A program made the position numbers and the translations under genes. A stretch of DNA of 64,000 bases from Candidatus Hydrogenedentota bacterium (GTDB lineage: Bacteria; Hydrogenedentota; Hydrogenedentia; Hydrogenedentales; SLHB01). The stretch is from the NCBI GenBank assembly GCA_013359265.1, contig JABWCD010000005.1, positions 73,678-137,677 of the forward strand, written 5' to 3'. Position 1 is the first letter of the stretch. Every line of letters starts with the position of its first letter. The notes beneath the pieces are model-generated. The model saw only the letters and a program-made list of their open reading frames with translations. It did not search any database and was not told the origin of the DNA. Below, one piece after another: positions 9,490-19,265 of this stretch.

Positions 9490-10371
9490 ATGACCCTCGA
9501 GCAACTACGTTTCTTCCGCGCCGTAATTGACGGCGGCAGTTTTCGCGCCGCCGCCGAACGGGTGCACCGCACTCAACCCGCCATTACCCACCAGATTAAA
9601 GCGCTCGAACGCGAATTGGGTCACGTGCTGATCGACCGCAAGACGGCCGCGCCCACGCCTGCCGGCAGACTTCTGTATACGCGAGGCAGTGCGCTGATCT
9701 CCGACGCGGATGCGATGCGGGCTGCGATGCAGGATTTTGACGAGACACAGGCCGGCGAACTGCGCCTCGGTACGAGCGACACAACCGCCCTCTACACCTT
9801 GCCCCCGATAGTGCGCCGGTTCCGCCGCGCAAACCCCGGAACACGGCTGCATATCGTGAATCGCCCGACCGAGGTCATCGCGCAGATGGTGCAGCTCGGG
9901 GACTTGGACATCGGAATCGTGACGCTGCCGGTGTCGTCCGCGCAATTGATGGAACGCGTGTTGTTCGAGCAGGAACTTGTCCTTGTCGTGCCACGGCGGC
10001 ACCGGATGGCGACGCGAACGATCGTACGCGCGCGCGATTTGCAGTCCGAACCGCTGCTGTTGCTCGAAGACGTGACGCGGACCGGAAAATTGCTGCGCGA
10101 GTTTTTTCGGATGAGTGGGTTTACACCGAACATTGTTTTGGACACGAGCAGTTTTGAAGTGATCAAGCGGTACGTGGCGGAAGGTATCGGCATATCGTTT
10201 CTGCCGCGCGCCGCGGTTAGGCCGCGGGACACAACATTGCACGTTGTGCGCGTGCCCGGTTTGCCGCGCGTCACGATAGGCGCCATTTGGAGGACCGGCG
10301 CATACCAGACCCGGGCCGCGCTGAATTTACTCGAGCTGTTCGACACACCGCGCAAGACCCGGCGCCGTTGA
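9490..10371 (+). CDS. LysR family transcriptional regulator, divergent from purMLQ
   Basis: MTLEQLRFF..GSFRAAAERVHRTQPAITHQIKALERELG HTH; GGAGA RBS. Confidence 0.93.
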   Translation: MTLEQLRFFRAVIDGGSFRAAAERVHRTQPAITHQIKALERELGHVLIDRKTAAPTPAGRLLYTRGSALISDADAMRAAMQDFDETQAGELRLGTSDTTALYTLPPIVRRFRRANPGTRLHIVNRPTEVIAQMVQLGDLDIGIVTLPVSSAQLMERVLFEQELVLVVPRRHRMATRTIVRARDLQSEPLLLLEDVTRTGKLLREFFRMSGFTPNIVLDTSSFEVIKRYVAEGIGISFLPRAAVRPRDTTLHVVRVPGLPRVTIGAIWRTGAYQTRAALNLLELFDTPRKTRRR

Positions 10372-10372
10372 C

Positions 10373-11956
10373 TTAGCGGCCCTGTGCGATATCCACCGGC
10401 GCGTTGTTGTCCGTGTACAGCTTGCCGTCCCGCGCGGCGGTGTGAGCGGCGGAGAACTGCGTGAGGCGTTTCGGAAAGTTTGGCGGAAGGTAATTGCCTT
10501 TCGCGGCAAGTTGCGCCGCGAGATCGGACAAGTCTGCGGGGTGCGCCAGCCACGGGCCATCGGGCCAACCTTTGCCGTCCCGCGTGCCGTTCGGCGCGAG
10601 CTTCGCCGGGTCTATCTTCTGCGCGAGATACACGGTGTTCCAACTGGATTCCGCCTGAAACACGTAGACCTTTTGGAAAACGGATTCCAGCGTCTGCAAC
10701 ATCCCGCGCACAATGTTGTCGTTCGATCCGCCATACTCGCCCATTACGTTGTACACGAGACAGCCACCGTTCTCGATGCGATCGAACGCGCTGCGAAAGA
10801 ATTCCTGGGTCGCAAGATGGTAGGGGAGATACGCGCCATTCGGCCCGGACGCGTAGGCGTCCATGATGATCGCACCGTAGGTTTGCTTCGTGCGTTGGAT
10901 GAAGGTCCGGCCGTCAATCGTGACGATGCGCAGGCGCGGGTCTTCGGGCAGTTCGAAATACTGCTTGGCGACCTTGACCACGGCAGGATCGATTTCCGAC
11001 ACCTCGATTTTCATTTCGGGATAGTGCTTCAAGAAATACTTCGGACCGGTCCCTCCGCCGAGTCCCACGAACAAAACGGATTTCGTCGTTGGGTCCAACA
11101 CGAGCGGCGCGTAGAAGAATTCGGTGTACTCGAAGCCGCCGGCGTATGCGTCCGTCTTGAACATTGTCGATTGGGGCGAGCTGTCGAAATACAGAATCCG
11201 TTTCTCGGCTTCGTCGCGGACCAGAATGTGGTGGTACGCGGAGTAGTTCTCGTAGATGGTCTGCGCGAACGCGGCTGGCGCAAGAAACGGCGCGCTTGCC
11301 ACGATCAACGCGGCTACCGGAGCGGTTTTGCGCCGCGCGGCGAAGTGAGCGAACACGATGAACACTCCTCCAACGACGAGCGCCGCGCAGGTCGCGTACA
11401 ACGATTCACGCACGCCCCAGGTCACGAACAGCGTGGAGGTCGCCATGGTTCCGCAGATGCTTCCCAATGTCGAAAGCGCCGCGATACGTCCCGCGCTCGA
11501 GCCGACTCTGTCCAAGCGCGTGACCGCGAGGCGAATGGCCTGCGGCATGACGGTGCCCAGGGCGAGCAGGGGAACGAGCGTCGCCGCCGCGGACGCGACC
11601 AGCGGTTCCCACCAGCGCATCACTTCGCTCTGCGCGACGTGTTCGGCGGTCTTCACGACTATCGGTTCCATGAAGACTGCGCTGAAACCGGCGATGCACA
11701 AGACGACGCCCAGCGGCGCCCACGAGCGAAAGCGGTCCGCCATCCATCCTCCCAGCGAATAGCCCGCTGCCAATCCGAGCAGACACACCGATATCTCCGC
11801 GGACCACACCTCGAGCGAACTGCCGAAGAACCGCTGCAGCATGCGCACGGCGATGAACTCGTAGATCATCACCGCCGCGCCCGAAACGAAGACGAGCACG
11901 CCGAGACACAGCGCCGGGACAAATGAAGCAGACGATACATTTTGTTCGTTGGACAT
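10373..11956 (-). CDS. fused membrane domain / spermidine-synthase-like methyltransferase
   Basis: SGAAVMIYE..FGSSLEVW TM region; VLFVGLGGG, EIDPAVV, DGRTF, IIMDAY, HLATQEFF, TDNNAP. Confidence 0.88.
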   Translation of the reverse strand: MSNEQNVSSASFVPALCLGVLVFVSGAAVMIYEFIAVRMLQRFFGSSLEVWSAEISVCLLGLAAGYSLGGWMADRFRSWAPLGVVLCIAGFSAVFMEPIVVKTAEHVAQSEVMRWWEPLVASAAATLVPLLALGTVMPQAIRLAVTRLDRVGSSAGRIAALSTLGSICGTMATSTLFVTWGVRESLYATCAALVVGGVFIVFAHFAARRKTAPVAALIVASAPFLAPAAFAQTIYENYSAYHHILVRDEAEKRILYFDSSPQSTMFKTDAYAGGFEYTEFFYAPLVLDPTTKSVLFVGLGGGTGPKYFLKHYPEMKIEVSEIDPAVVKVAKQYFELPEDPRLRIVTIDGRTFIQRTKQTYGAIIMDAYASGPNGAYLPYHLATQEFFRSAFDRIENGGCLVYNVMGEYGGSNDNIVRGMLQTLESVFQKVYVFQAESSWNTVYLAQKIDPAKLAPNGTRDGKGWPDGPWLAHPADLSDLAAQLAAKGNYLPPNFPKRLTQFSAAHTAARDGKLYTDNNAPVDIAQGR

Positions 11957-12047
11957 GATGCGCCAGTATACCGAATGAGCGGAGCGAATCGGAACGAAAA
12001 TGGGCGGCCACGTTTGGCCGCCCATAAAATCGATCACGAGTGCCGGT

Positions 12048-13664
12048 CTACTTCCGCTTTGACTTCGACAGTTTGCGGAGCTTGCCATCGATCGAAATCA
12101 GACCGAGCATCTTCGACAGTCCCGTCTTACTGTGCAAGACGTCGAGCAGCGCGCTCAGCAGCGCGTACTTTTCCTTCGAGTAGGGAAACCAATGCGGCTC
12201 GATCTTGTTGCCCGCGTCCACGATGACGGACTTGATGTGCGAGAAGCTGTGCAGCCCGTGCGGGCCGAAATAGCGGCCGAACCCGCTCTCTTTCGTTCCG
12301 CCGAACGGCAACGCCGCGTTGCCCTGCGTCGCGAGCACATTGTTTATCGACACGTTGCCGCTCTCGATATTCCGCGCAACGCGCTCCGCACGCGCGAGAT
12401 CGGTGGACCACACCGCTGCGCTCAACCCGTACGGCGTATCGTTCGCCATGCGCACGGCTTCGTCTTCAGACTTGAACTTCTCGACCGTGATGACCGGTCC
12501 AAATGTCTCCTCCGTGATCACGCGCATCGAATCGTTCACGCCCGAGATCAATGTCGGGGGATAGGCGTGCGAATCGCCCTCGCGCTTGCCGCCGGTGTGA
12601 ATGGTCGCGCCTTTCGCGCGCGCGTCCTCGACCAGTTCCTCGACCTTCTTCACCTGGAACGGCGCAGTCATGTGGCCTACGTCGAGATCGCCCGCATCGG
12701 GTTTGTCGCCGTGTTCCGCCGCGTGCGTCAGGTCCTCGATTTTCGAGGCGAGCGCCTTCACGAAATCGTCGTGGATGCGTTCGTGCACGAGCACACGCTC
12801 GATGGACGTACACGTCTGGCCGCAGTTCATCAGACCGCCCCACATCGCGCCGGCGGCCGCCCGGTCAATGTTCACATCGTCGAATACGACCATCGGGTCT
12901 TTGCCGCCCAGTTCGAGTTCGACGGGAATTAGGTACTGCGCGGCCTGTTCCATGATCTGCTTGCCCGCGCGCGTGCTGCCCGTGAAAAGGATTTTCGCGG
13001 GACGCTGATCGATGAGACGGCGGCCCGTCTCCTTCCCGCCGTACATCACCGTGATTGCGTCCTTCATGAAGCCGCTGCCTTCGATAATCTCTTCGTACAG
13101 GCCCTTGAGCGGCGTCCACTCGGACGGCTTGAACACGATCGAATTGCCCGCGACAAACGCCGTAATCATCGGCACCCACGCGAGGTTGAACGGGAAGTTC
13201 CACGGCGAGATGATCAACACGGCGCCCATCGGTTCGTAGTGGATGTACGACTTCTTGCCCTGCAGAATGATCGGCGTGGGGACCTTCTCATCCGCCAGAT
13301 ACTTCTCCGCCGTGTTCTTGTAGAAATCGATGATCGACAACGCCTGCGCGACATCCGCCATCAACGCGTCCACGCGCGACTTGCCCGTCTCCTGCACGAT
13401 GCGATCGACGATCTTCTCCTTGTGCTTGAGAATGTAGTCGCGCAGCTTCAGCGTCTCTCGAACGCGGTCGGCAACCGGCATCGCGCGAATCTTCTCGAAC
13501 GCCGCGCGCGCCCGCGCAAACGCCGCGGTCACCTCGGCGTCCGCCGGTTCGCGGAAGGAGTACAGCACTTTTTGCGTGCGCGGATCGCGCACGACCACCT
13601 CGGACGCGGACGCGCCGGACGTCTCGATGCGGATCGCTTCGGGGGCGAGCGTAGCTTCAGGCAT
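12048..13664 (-). CDS. aldehyde dehydrogenase family protein
   Basis: ISPWNFP, KPSE, FTGS, LELGGKD, GQTC, EETFGP, PFGGTKESG; AAGGAGG RBS. Confidence 0.93.
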   Translation of the reverse strand: MPEATLAPEAIRIETSGASASEVVVRDPRTQKVLYSFREPADAEVTAAFARARAAFEKIRAMPVADRVRETLKLRDYILKHKEKIVDRIVQETGKSRVDALMADVAQALSIIDFYKNTAEKYLADEKVPTPIILQGKKSYIHYEPMGAVLIISPWNFPFNLAWVPMITAFVAGNSIVFKPSEWTPLKGLYEEIIEGSGFMKDAITVMYGGKETGRRLIDQRPAKILFTGSTRAGKQIMEQAAQYLIPVELELGGKDPMVVFDDVNIDRAAAGAMWGGLMNCGQTCTSIERVLVHERIHDDFVKALASKIEDLTHAAEHGDKPDAGDLDVGHMTAPFQVKKVEELVEDARAKGATIHTGGKREGDSHAYPPTLISGVNDSMRVITEETFGPVITVEKFKSEDEAVRMANDTPYGLSAAVWSTDLARAERVARNIESGNVSINNVLATQGNAALPFGGTKESGFGRYFGPHGLHSFSHIKSVIVDAGNKIEPHWFPYSKEKYALLSALLDVLHSKTGLSKMLGLISIDGKLRKLSKSKRK

Positions 13665-13803
13665 GAGGACAGACCTCCTTCGTGGGCCGGGAGCGGTTGA
13701 CGGCGCATTGGCTTGCATTTACCTAAGAGTAGGTAACACCCGGGCCGAAACGCTCACAACCGTGCGGGCACCTTGCAGATTCCGACTCCAAAACCGTGAA
13801 TTC

Positions 13804-13832
13804 ACTATAGCAGAGGGTACGATCTGTGGCAA
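13804..13832 (-). promoter_or_regulatory. putative sigma70 promoter for the aldehyde dehydrogenase
   Basis: minus strand TTGCCA-17 bp-TATAGT. Confidence 0.55.
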
Positions 13833-14083
13833 GGGGGGCGCCCAGTCCAATCGCGAGCGAATTGCGCGTTGCCGGCCGCTCACAGAGCGTGTGTCTACCG
13901 GGTGTCGAGCGCCCGCGACTCGACGAACTGCAAGAGTCGCGCCGTCGGTTTCCATCTCGCTGTATCGTAGCGACGACGTCTTTAATGTTCGTGGAAGCAG
14001 CATGACAAGCCGGCGGAGCACCGGTGCACCAAGTGGGACGACAGAGGTCGGACCTGCGGCATAATCGCGTCTGCCGCAAATTG

Positions 14084-15403
14084 CTAATGCGGCAACGGCC
14101 AATGGGAGCGGACGTACTCGAGGGCGGCTTTTTTTGTGGGGATGCTGCCTTCGAGTTGGGCGTCTTCGATGGTGCGGAGGATTTCGCCGAAGAGGGGGCT
14201 GGGGGTGTAGCCCAGGGCGATGAGGTCGTCGCCGGTGAGGAGGGGGGTGGGGCGGATGGCGTCGGGCGGGATCTTGTCGACGTAGTGTTCAATCCAGTCG
14301 ATGGTTTTGGTGTCGCCGTGGCTGGCGAGGCAGTCGAGGCGGCCGAGCTGCAGGAGTTCCGGGAAGCCGGGTTCGCGCACGAAGCGCTTGAGTTTGCTCA
14401 CGCGCATCTGCGGGGCGTGGGCGAGGCGCATGTGTTGGTCGACAAGCCAGACGATTCGCTCGGTGTCGTGGTTCGACATGCGTAGTCGTTTGCAGATCGC
14501 CTCGGCCATTTCCGCGCCTATCTTGTCGTGGTTGTTGAAGCGGATGCGGTCTTCGACCGTCATCGTTGCCGGCTTGCCGACATCGTGCAGCAGTGCGCCG
14601 AAGGCGAGCGTGGGCGGCGCGCCCTTGAGCATGTCCGCGAGAATGAGGGTGTGGGTGAACACGTCGCCTTCGGGATGGAACTCCGGCGGCTGCTCGACGC
14701 CTTTCATTTGCGCGATTTCGGGCAACACGTGTTCGAGCAGGCCCGTCTCGTCCATGAGTTCGAGGGCGCTGCGGGCGCCGCCTTCGGTGAGGATTTTGGT
14801 GAGTTCGTCGCGAATTCGTTCCGCGCTGGTTGTCGTCACCAGATGCGCCATCTCGCGGATCGCGTCGAACGTGGCCGGCTCGATGGCGAACCGGAGACGT
14901 CCCGCGAAGCGCACGGCGCGCAGGAGCCGCAGGTGATCTTCGGCGAAGCGCTGGCGCGGTTCGCCGACGGTGCGTATCAGCCGGGAGTCGAGGTCGTCCT
15001 GGCCGCGCACGTAGTCGACGATCTGTTCCGATTCCGGGTCGAAGAACATGGCGTTGATCGTGAAATCGCGGCGTTGCGCGTCTTCGACTTCGCCGCGAAA
15101 CTGAACAAACGCGGGGTGGCGTCCGTCGGTGTACGGGCCGTCCGTGCGAAAGGTCGTGACTTCAAACTGCGCTTCGGGCAAAACGACGACCGTCACACCA
15201 AAAGACGCGCCGACATGAATCGTTTTGTCGAACAGCGCTGCGACTTCGCCGGGCGTAGCGCTCGTGGCGACGTCGTAATCCTTCGGCGGTGTGCCAAGCA
15301 GCATGTCGCGCACGCATCCGCCCGCGAACAGGGCGCGGTGCCCGGCGCGGCGCAGCGTTTCGCAGATGCGTTCGGCCGCGGCTCGGTTCGGACTTGCGAG
15401 CAC
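14084..15403 (-). CDS. cca: CCA tRNA nucleotidyltransferase (class II) with HD domain
   Basis: GGCVRDMLLG, DYDVAT, RRDFTINAM, EDHLRLLRAVRF, HPEGDV..HT, LLHDVGK; GTG start 1 nt after the upstream stop. Confidence 0.88.
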   Translation of the reverse strand: MLASPNRAAAERICETLRRAGHRALFAGGCVRDMLLGTPPKDYDVATSATPGEVAALFDKTIHVGASFGVTVVVLPEAQFEVTTFRTDGPYTDGRHPAFVQFRGEVEDAQRRDFTINAMFFDPESEQIVDYVRGQDDLDSRLIRTVGEPRQRFAEDHLRLLRAVRFAGRLRFAIEPATFDAIREMAHLVTTTSAERIRDELTKILTEGGARSALELMDETGLLEHVLPEIAQMKGVEQPPEFHPEGDVFTHTLILADMLKGAPPTLAFGALLHDVGKPATMTVEDRIRFNNHDKIGAEMAEAICKRLRMSNHDTERIVWLVDQHMRLAHAPQMRVSKLKRFVREPGFPELLQLGRLDCLASHGDTKTIDWIEHYVDKIPPDAIRPTPLLTGDDLIALGYTPSPLFGEILRTIEDAQLEGSIPTKKAALEYVRSHWPLPH

Positions 15404-15404
15404 G

Positions 15405-17567
15405 TTACTTCCCGGCGGCGAGGCGGGCGCCGTCGTGCACGTGCCGCCGCGGGAACAGGAACCATACGGCGCAGAGAATTGCCACGAACACGCCGCCGCA
15501 CGCCACGAGCACGGTGACACTCGCGCCGGGATTCGCCGCGCGTTGCGCGATGGCGAGCCATGCGGCGGAGCCGATGACCAGGAGCAGCGTGGTCCAGCGA
15601 AATTCGGGTTCGGGCACCATGATGCACAGGACGATCCACAAAAACGCGTGCGCGAAGAGGAGGACGGCGCGCCACTCGCCGTCGGACGCGATCGCCAGCG
15701 TGCCCGCGCCGATAGCGCCGGCGAGCAGGAGTGCGACTACTTGTGCGAGGTGGTCGATTGTGCCGCGCATCAATTCGCTCTGCACGCGCCACGGGAAGCA
15801 CCGTTCGACGGCGACGCACGTCACGATTAGCGCCGCGGCCATGAGCCAGACTTGTGCGCCGGAAATCGCAGCGCCCGGATGGACCAACGCGTAGAACCAC
15901 AGTCCCGCCGAAACGGCAAGAGCCGCGACCGCGCTCAGCTTGAGGCCCGCGGCCCGCAGCGCGACGCCCGAAAACGCGAGGCACAATGCGCTGCCCGCGA
16001 GAACTAGCGGCGTGTATGCAGCGCCGGCGAATCGGTGAACGAGGACCGCGGTGGACCCGATCGCGACTACGTACGGGATCGACGCGCTTGCGTGGTGGTC
16101 GGAGCTGCGCCCGCCGCTAATGCGGGCGAGGAATCGTTCCGATCGGTAGCCGCCGACAAAGGTGTAGGCTGCGAGGAGCGCGGTGTACAGCGTGAACATC
16201 GGCTGCTCGTGGAACCCTTCTTTCCCGACGTACAGGAAGAAATAAAAGCTGACGTGCGACGCAACGATCAGCATCACCGCGCCCACTTCGATCTGCGGCG
16301 TGCGAAGCGCGACGCCAATTACCGCGAGCGCGAAGCTTGACAGCGCCAGCATGAACGGCAGGGACGGAAGGTTGCCGAGATCGGAGATCATCAGCAGAGT
16401 CAGTAGCAGCGCCGCGCCGGCCGCGTGCAACAGCGACACGGTCGAGGACGGCACGTCGAACATCGTGTCCGCGAGAAACCAGTGGCCGCTCAATCGGCGG
16501 TGTTGCGGTTTCACGCTGCGAATGTGCGTGGCGTAATACCACGCCGTAAGGAGGAACACGCCGACCGCGAACAGTCCCTGCAGCCAGTTCGAGTACAGGG
16601 CGCGCTCGCCGACGTAGAGTGGTCCCGTAAACTTCATGGCCTGCATCGTCAACACGAAGGTGACGATCAGAACCGCGACATTTGCCGATTTCAAGACGAC
16701 AATCCCCGTCCAGTGGTGGAGCGCGGCGAGCAGGAGGCATTCGACGGCCAAGGCCGCGAGAAACCACGCGCCGTCGAGGATGGTGTTCATCGCGAAATTG
16801 AAAAGCACCAGCGCGGCGGCGACGAATATCTGAAACAGGTAGTTGCGGTGGGTGCCGCTGCTTTCGGCGTACACGGCGAGCAAAACCGCGATTCCGCCGA
16901 GGCACGCGTAGATGGGGCCCGCGTTCGTCGCGCCGTACAGGTTCAGTCCGTGCCAGACCAATGGGTAAAAGGCGAGGCAATTGATCGTGCCAATCAGCGC
17001 GGATCGGCCACGGCCACGGCCGATTCTGCGCGATTCCATCACGCACAGCATCGACACGAGCGTGTGCCACGCGGTCAGTGCGCCAAACGCGGTCCAGGCG
17101 TACGCGCGTTCGGATATCGGCAATGTCAGCGCCGGACGCATCAGATAGAGCGCGAACGCGGGGTACACCGCGCACACGGCGAAGAATAGGAAACCCAGCG
17201 TGAGCCGCCTATACAGAAACAGTGCGATCAGCGCGCAGGCGCCGCAGGCCATGAGCGCGGGGCTGACGCGAACGCTCGCCAAGCGTTGGGTCGCGGTCGA
17301 CCAATCGCTGAAATCGATGTCGCGGACGGAGTAGTTGACCGCGACGGCCGCGCCGGTCGCCAGCGCCATCAAGACCATGATCGCGCGAATGGTCCATGCG
17401 CGGCCCGTGGGTGGCGGCGGCTTCGGCAACGGATCGCCGATGCGGCGCCCGCGCGCGGACGATCGCCGATCCGCGCGCAGCAATTCCAACTCGCGCGTTA
17501 ACTCTGCGACGCGTCCTTCGAGTTCGCGAACGCGATGATTCGGGTCCTGTTGCACGTCCGGGGTCAT
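15405..17567 (-). CDS. large polytopic membrane protein (DUF2339-like)
   Basis: N-terminal coiled coil (RVRELEGRVAELTRELELL), Pro-rich linker, many hydrophobic helices. Confidence 0.6.
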   Translation of the reverse strand: MTPDVQQDPNHRVRELEGRVAELTRELELLRADRRSSARGRRIGDPLPKPPPPTGRAWTIRAIMVLMALATGAAVAVNYSVRDIDFSDWSTATQRLASVRVSPALMACGACALIALFLYRRLTLGFLFFAVCAVYPAFALYLMRPALTLPISERAYAWTAFGALTAWHTLVSMLCVMESRRIGRGRGRSALIGTINCLAFYPLVWHGLNLYGATNAGPIYACLGGIAVLLAVYAESSGTHRNYLFQIFVAAALVLFNFAMNTILDGAWFLAALAVECLLLAALHHWTGIVVLKSANVAVLIVTFVLTMQAMKFTGPLYVGERALYSNWLQGLFAVGVFLLTAWYYATHIRSVKPQHRRLSGHWFLADTMFDVPSSTVSLLHAAGAALLLTLLMISDLGNLPSLPFMLALSSFALAVIGVALRTPQIEVGAVMLIVASHVSFYFFLYVGKEGFHEQPMFTLYTALLAAYTFVGGYRSERFLARISGGRSSDHHASASIPYVVAIGSTAVLVHRFAGAAYTPLVLAGSALCLAFSGVALRAAGLKLSAVAALAVSAGLWFYALVHPGAAISGAQVWLMAAALIVTCVAVERCFPWRVQSELMRGTIDHLAQVVALLLAGAIGAGTLAIASDGEWRAVLLFAHAFLWIVLCIMVPEPEFRWTTLLLVIGSAAWLAIAQRAANPGASVTVLVACGGVFVAILCAVWFLFPRRHVHDGARLAAGK

Positions 17568-17599
17568 GCAATCAGTTTACTCGTGCGCGATTCGCAACG

Positions 17600-18925
17600 C
17601 TAACGCTGGTCCGCTGGTCGCAGGGCGAACCGCGTCGTTCCCGTTGGCGCCAGTTCGATTGCGAGTAGCGTTTCCGTCTTGCCGTCGGGAAGCGCGCGCA
17701 CCTGTGTCTGATGGGGCAAGCTGGTCCCGTCGCCGGCGGTGAGGACGTTGTCCGGCGATGCGTTCGAGACTTTGAAGTAGGCCATGACTGGACTCGAGGG
17801 CATCGGCAACACGCCGGGTTTTGGGGGCGGGGGCAATTTGAAGAGCCAGGCGGTCGTCGCGACAAGTACGACGGCCGCCGCGGACGCGAGCCACTTTGGG
17901 CGAATGCGCGCGTAGATCGTGCCGGGAACCGGGCGCGCACCGTAACCGAAGACGACGACTGCGAGCAACGCGAACATCACGCTGCCAACCGGCCATGATA
18001 TCTTCGCCAAGGCCATAGCGACGCGCTGCATGATTGCAGGTGGCGCAGAGGGTGGAGGCGGGGCCGGTTGTTCAAATGCGGCTTCGATGTTCACGGGCTC
18101 GCTTCCGACTTCCTGATCGATCGTGAAATAGCCCGTCGATCCGTCGAATCGAACGAATTTAGCGCCGGCAACGGAAACTCGCGCGAACGGCATCGCCCCT
18201 AGCCCGCGGATTGCTTCCTTCAGTTCGTCGTTCGATTGGCACGCCAACAGCATGATCGACGCGCGCCGCGGTCCGCTGTAGGTGCTGCGATAGCCATAGC
18301 CGCCCGAGATGCGTCCAATGCTGTTGCGAAAGTTGATCATCGAAGCAACTTTTTCATCGAGATGTCCGAATTGAATCCATGGTTCGGCGACAACAGCGGC
18401 GGAATTCGGGTTCTTACCGTTGAAGGAAGTCTGCTTATTCAACTCTTCTTCGGAACTCATTACCAGCGGCATCGAGAACTTCGCGCCGCCGTACCATCCG
18501 AGCAACAAATCCGGCGGTGTTCCGTGCGGTTTAACGTCGGCCACGGCAAATATGTGCGTTGGATAACAGTAAAGGTCAATTCCGATGTCCGCTTCGAGAT
18601 CAGTCCACCACAGATTGGAGAGGCCGATTCTGGCCAGGACAGGCCCGGTCTCGATCTGTACCGACCCCGGCCCATTTACCTTACCCGTGTTAAGCGTGGG
18701 GCACAGCGGCACGTCTCCAATCAATTCCTGATCGCCGGACGTAAACTTTTCGATTAGGGCGTCCGTGCAGTTGACCAGCATCGAATACGTCTCGCCGGTC
18801 ACGAGTAACTTGTGTGGCGTACCGCCGTCGTCGCGGACTTGTACGGTGCCCGGTTCTTCGGCTGCCGCCGCCCCCGCGACGTGGGCCGCGAAAACACACC
18901 AACATGTCAACACGATTCGTTTCAT
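17600..18925 (-). CDS. hypothetical exported/membrane protein
   Basis: signal-peptide-like MKRIVLTCWCVFAAHVAGAAAA; two internal TM segments flanked by Pro-rich linkers. Confidence 0.65.
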   Translation of the reverse strand: MKRIVLTCWCVFAAHVAGAAAAEEPGTVQVRDDGGTPHKLLVTGETYSMLVNCTDALIEKFTSGDQELIGDVPLCPTLNTGKVNGPGSVQIETGPVLARIGLSNLWWTDLEADIGIDLYCYPTHIFAVADVKPHGTPPDLLLGWYGGAKFSMPLVMSSEEELNKQTSFNGKNPNSAAVVAEPWIQFGHLDEKVASMINFRNSIGRISGGYGYRSTYSGPRRASIMLLACQSNDELKEAIRGLGAMPFARVSVAGAKFVRFDGSTGYFTIDQEVGSEPVNIEAAFEQPAPPPPSAPPAIMQRVAMALAKISWPVGSVMFALLAVVVFGYGARPVPGTIYARIRPKWLASAAAVVLVATTAWLFKLPPPPKPGVLPMPSSPVMAYFKVSNASPDNVLTAGDGTSLPHQTQVRALPDGKTETLLAIELAPTGTTRFALRPADQR

Positions 18926-19065
18926 CTTCCAACCGGCTCCGCTGCGTGGCGAAACGCAGCATGCTACCCGCGGCAGGCGTTCAGTTTCCATACGTTGCAG
19001 GGTAGGCCCTTGCGCAATATACTCCCTTGCGGGGAACTTATCTCGAACAGCGGGAGGGCACTGCA

Positions 19066-19233
19066 ATGACAATGGCCGGGTTGATTGTCTGCGTAATTGG
19101 CATCGCGGGGTTCCTCGCCAACTATATGGGCTTTTATCCGATGAGCGGCGTCATGGGGGACAACCGCCTCTGGGTGGGCGTGATGGTAATCGGTGCGATC
19201 ACCGCGATTCTTACCCGCCGCGCCAGCGACTGA
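19066..19233 (+). CDS. small two-TM membrane protein (55 aa)
   Basis: GGGAGG RBS, ATG 19066, two hydrophobic segments. Confidence 0.6.
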   Translation: MTMAGLIVCVIGIAGFLANYMGFYPMSGVMGDNRLWVGVMVIGAITAILTRRASD

Positions 19234-19265
19234 CTAAGGGCCGCGTCGACCAGTCTGGGGGATTC

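Noticed and set aside
18765-19265. N-terminal 167 aa of the 900-aa ORF
   Set aside because: Overlaps two better-supported genes; the signal peptide and RBS place the start at 19266
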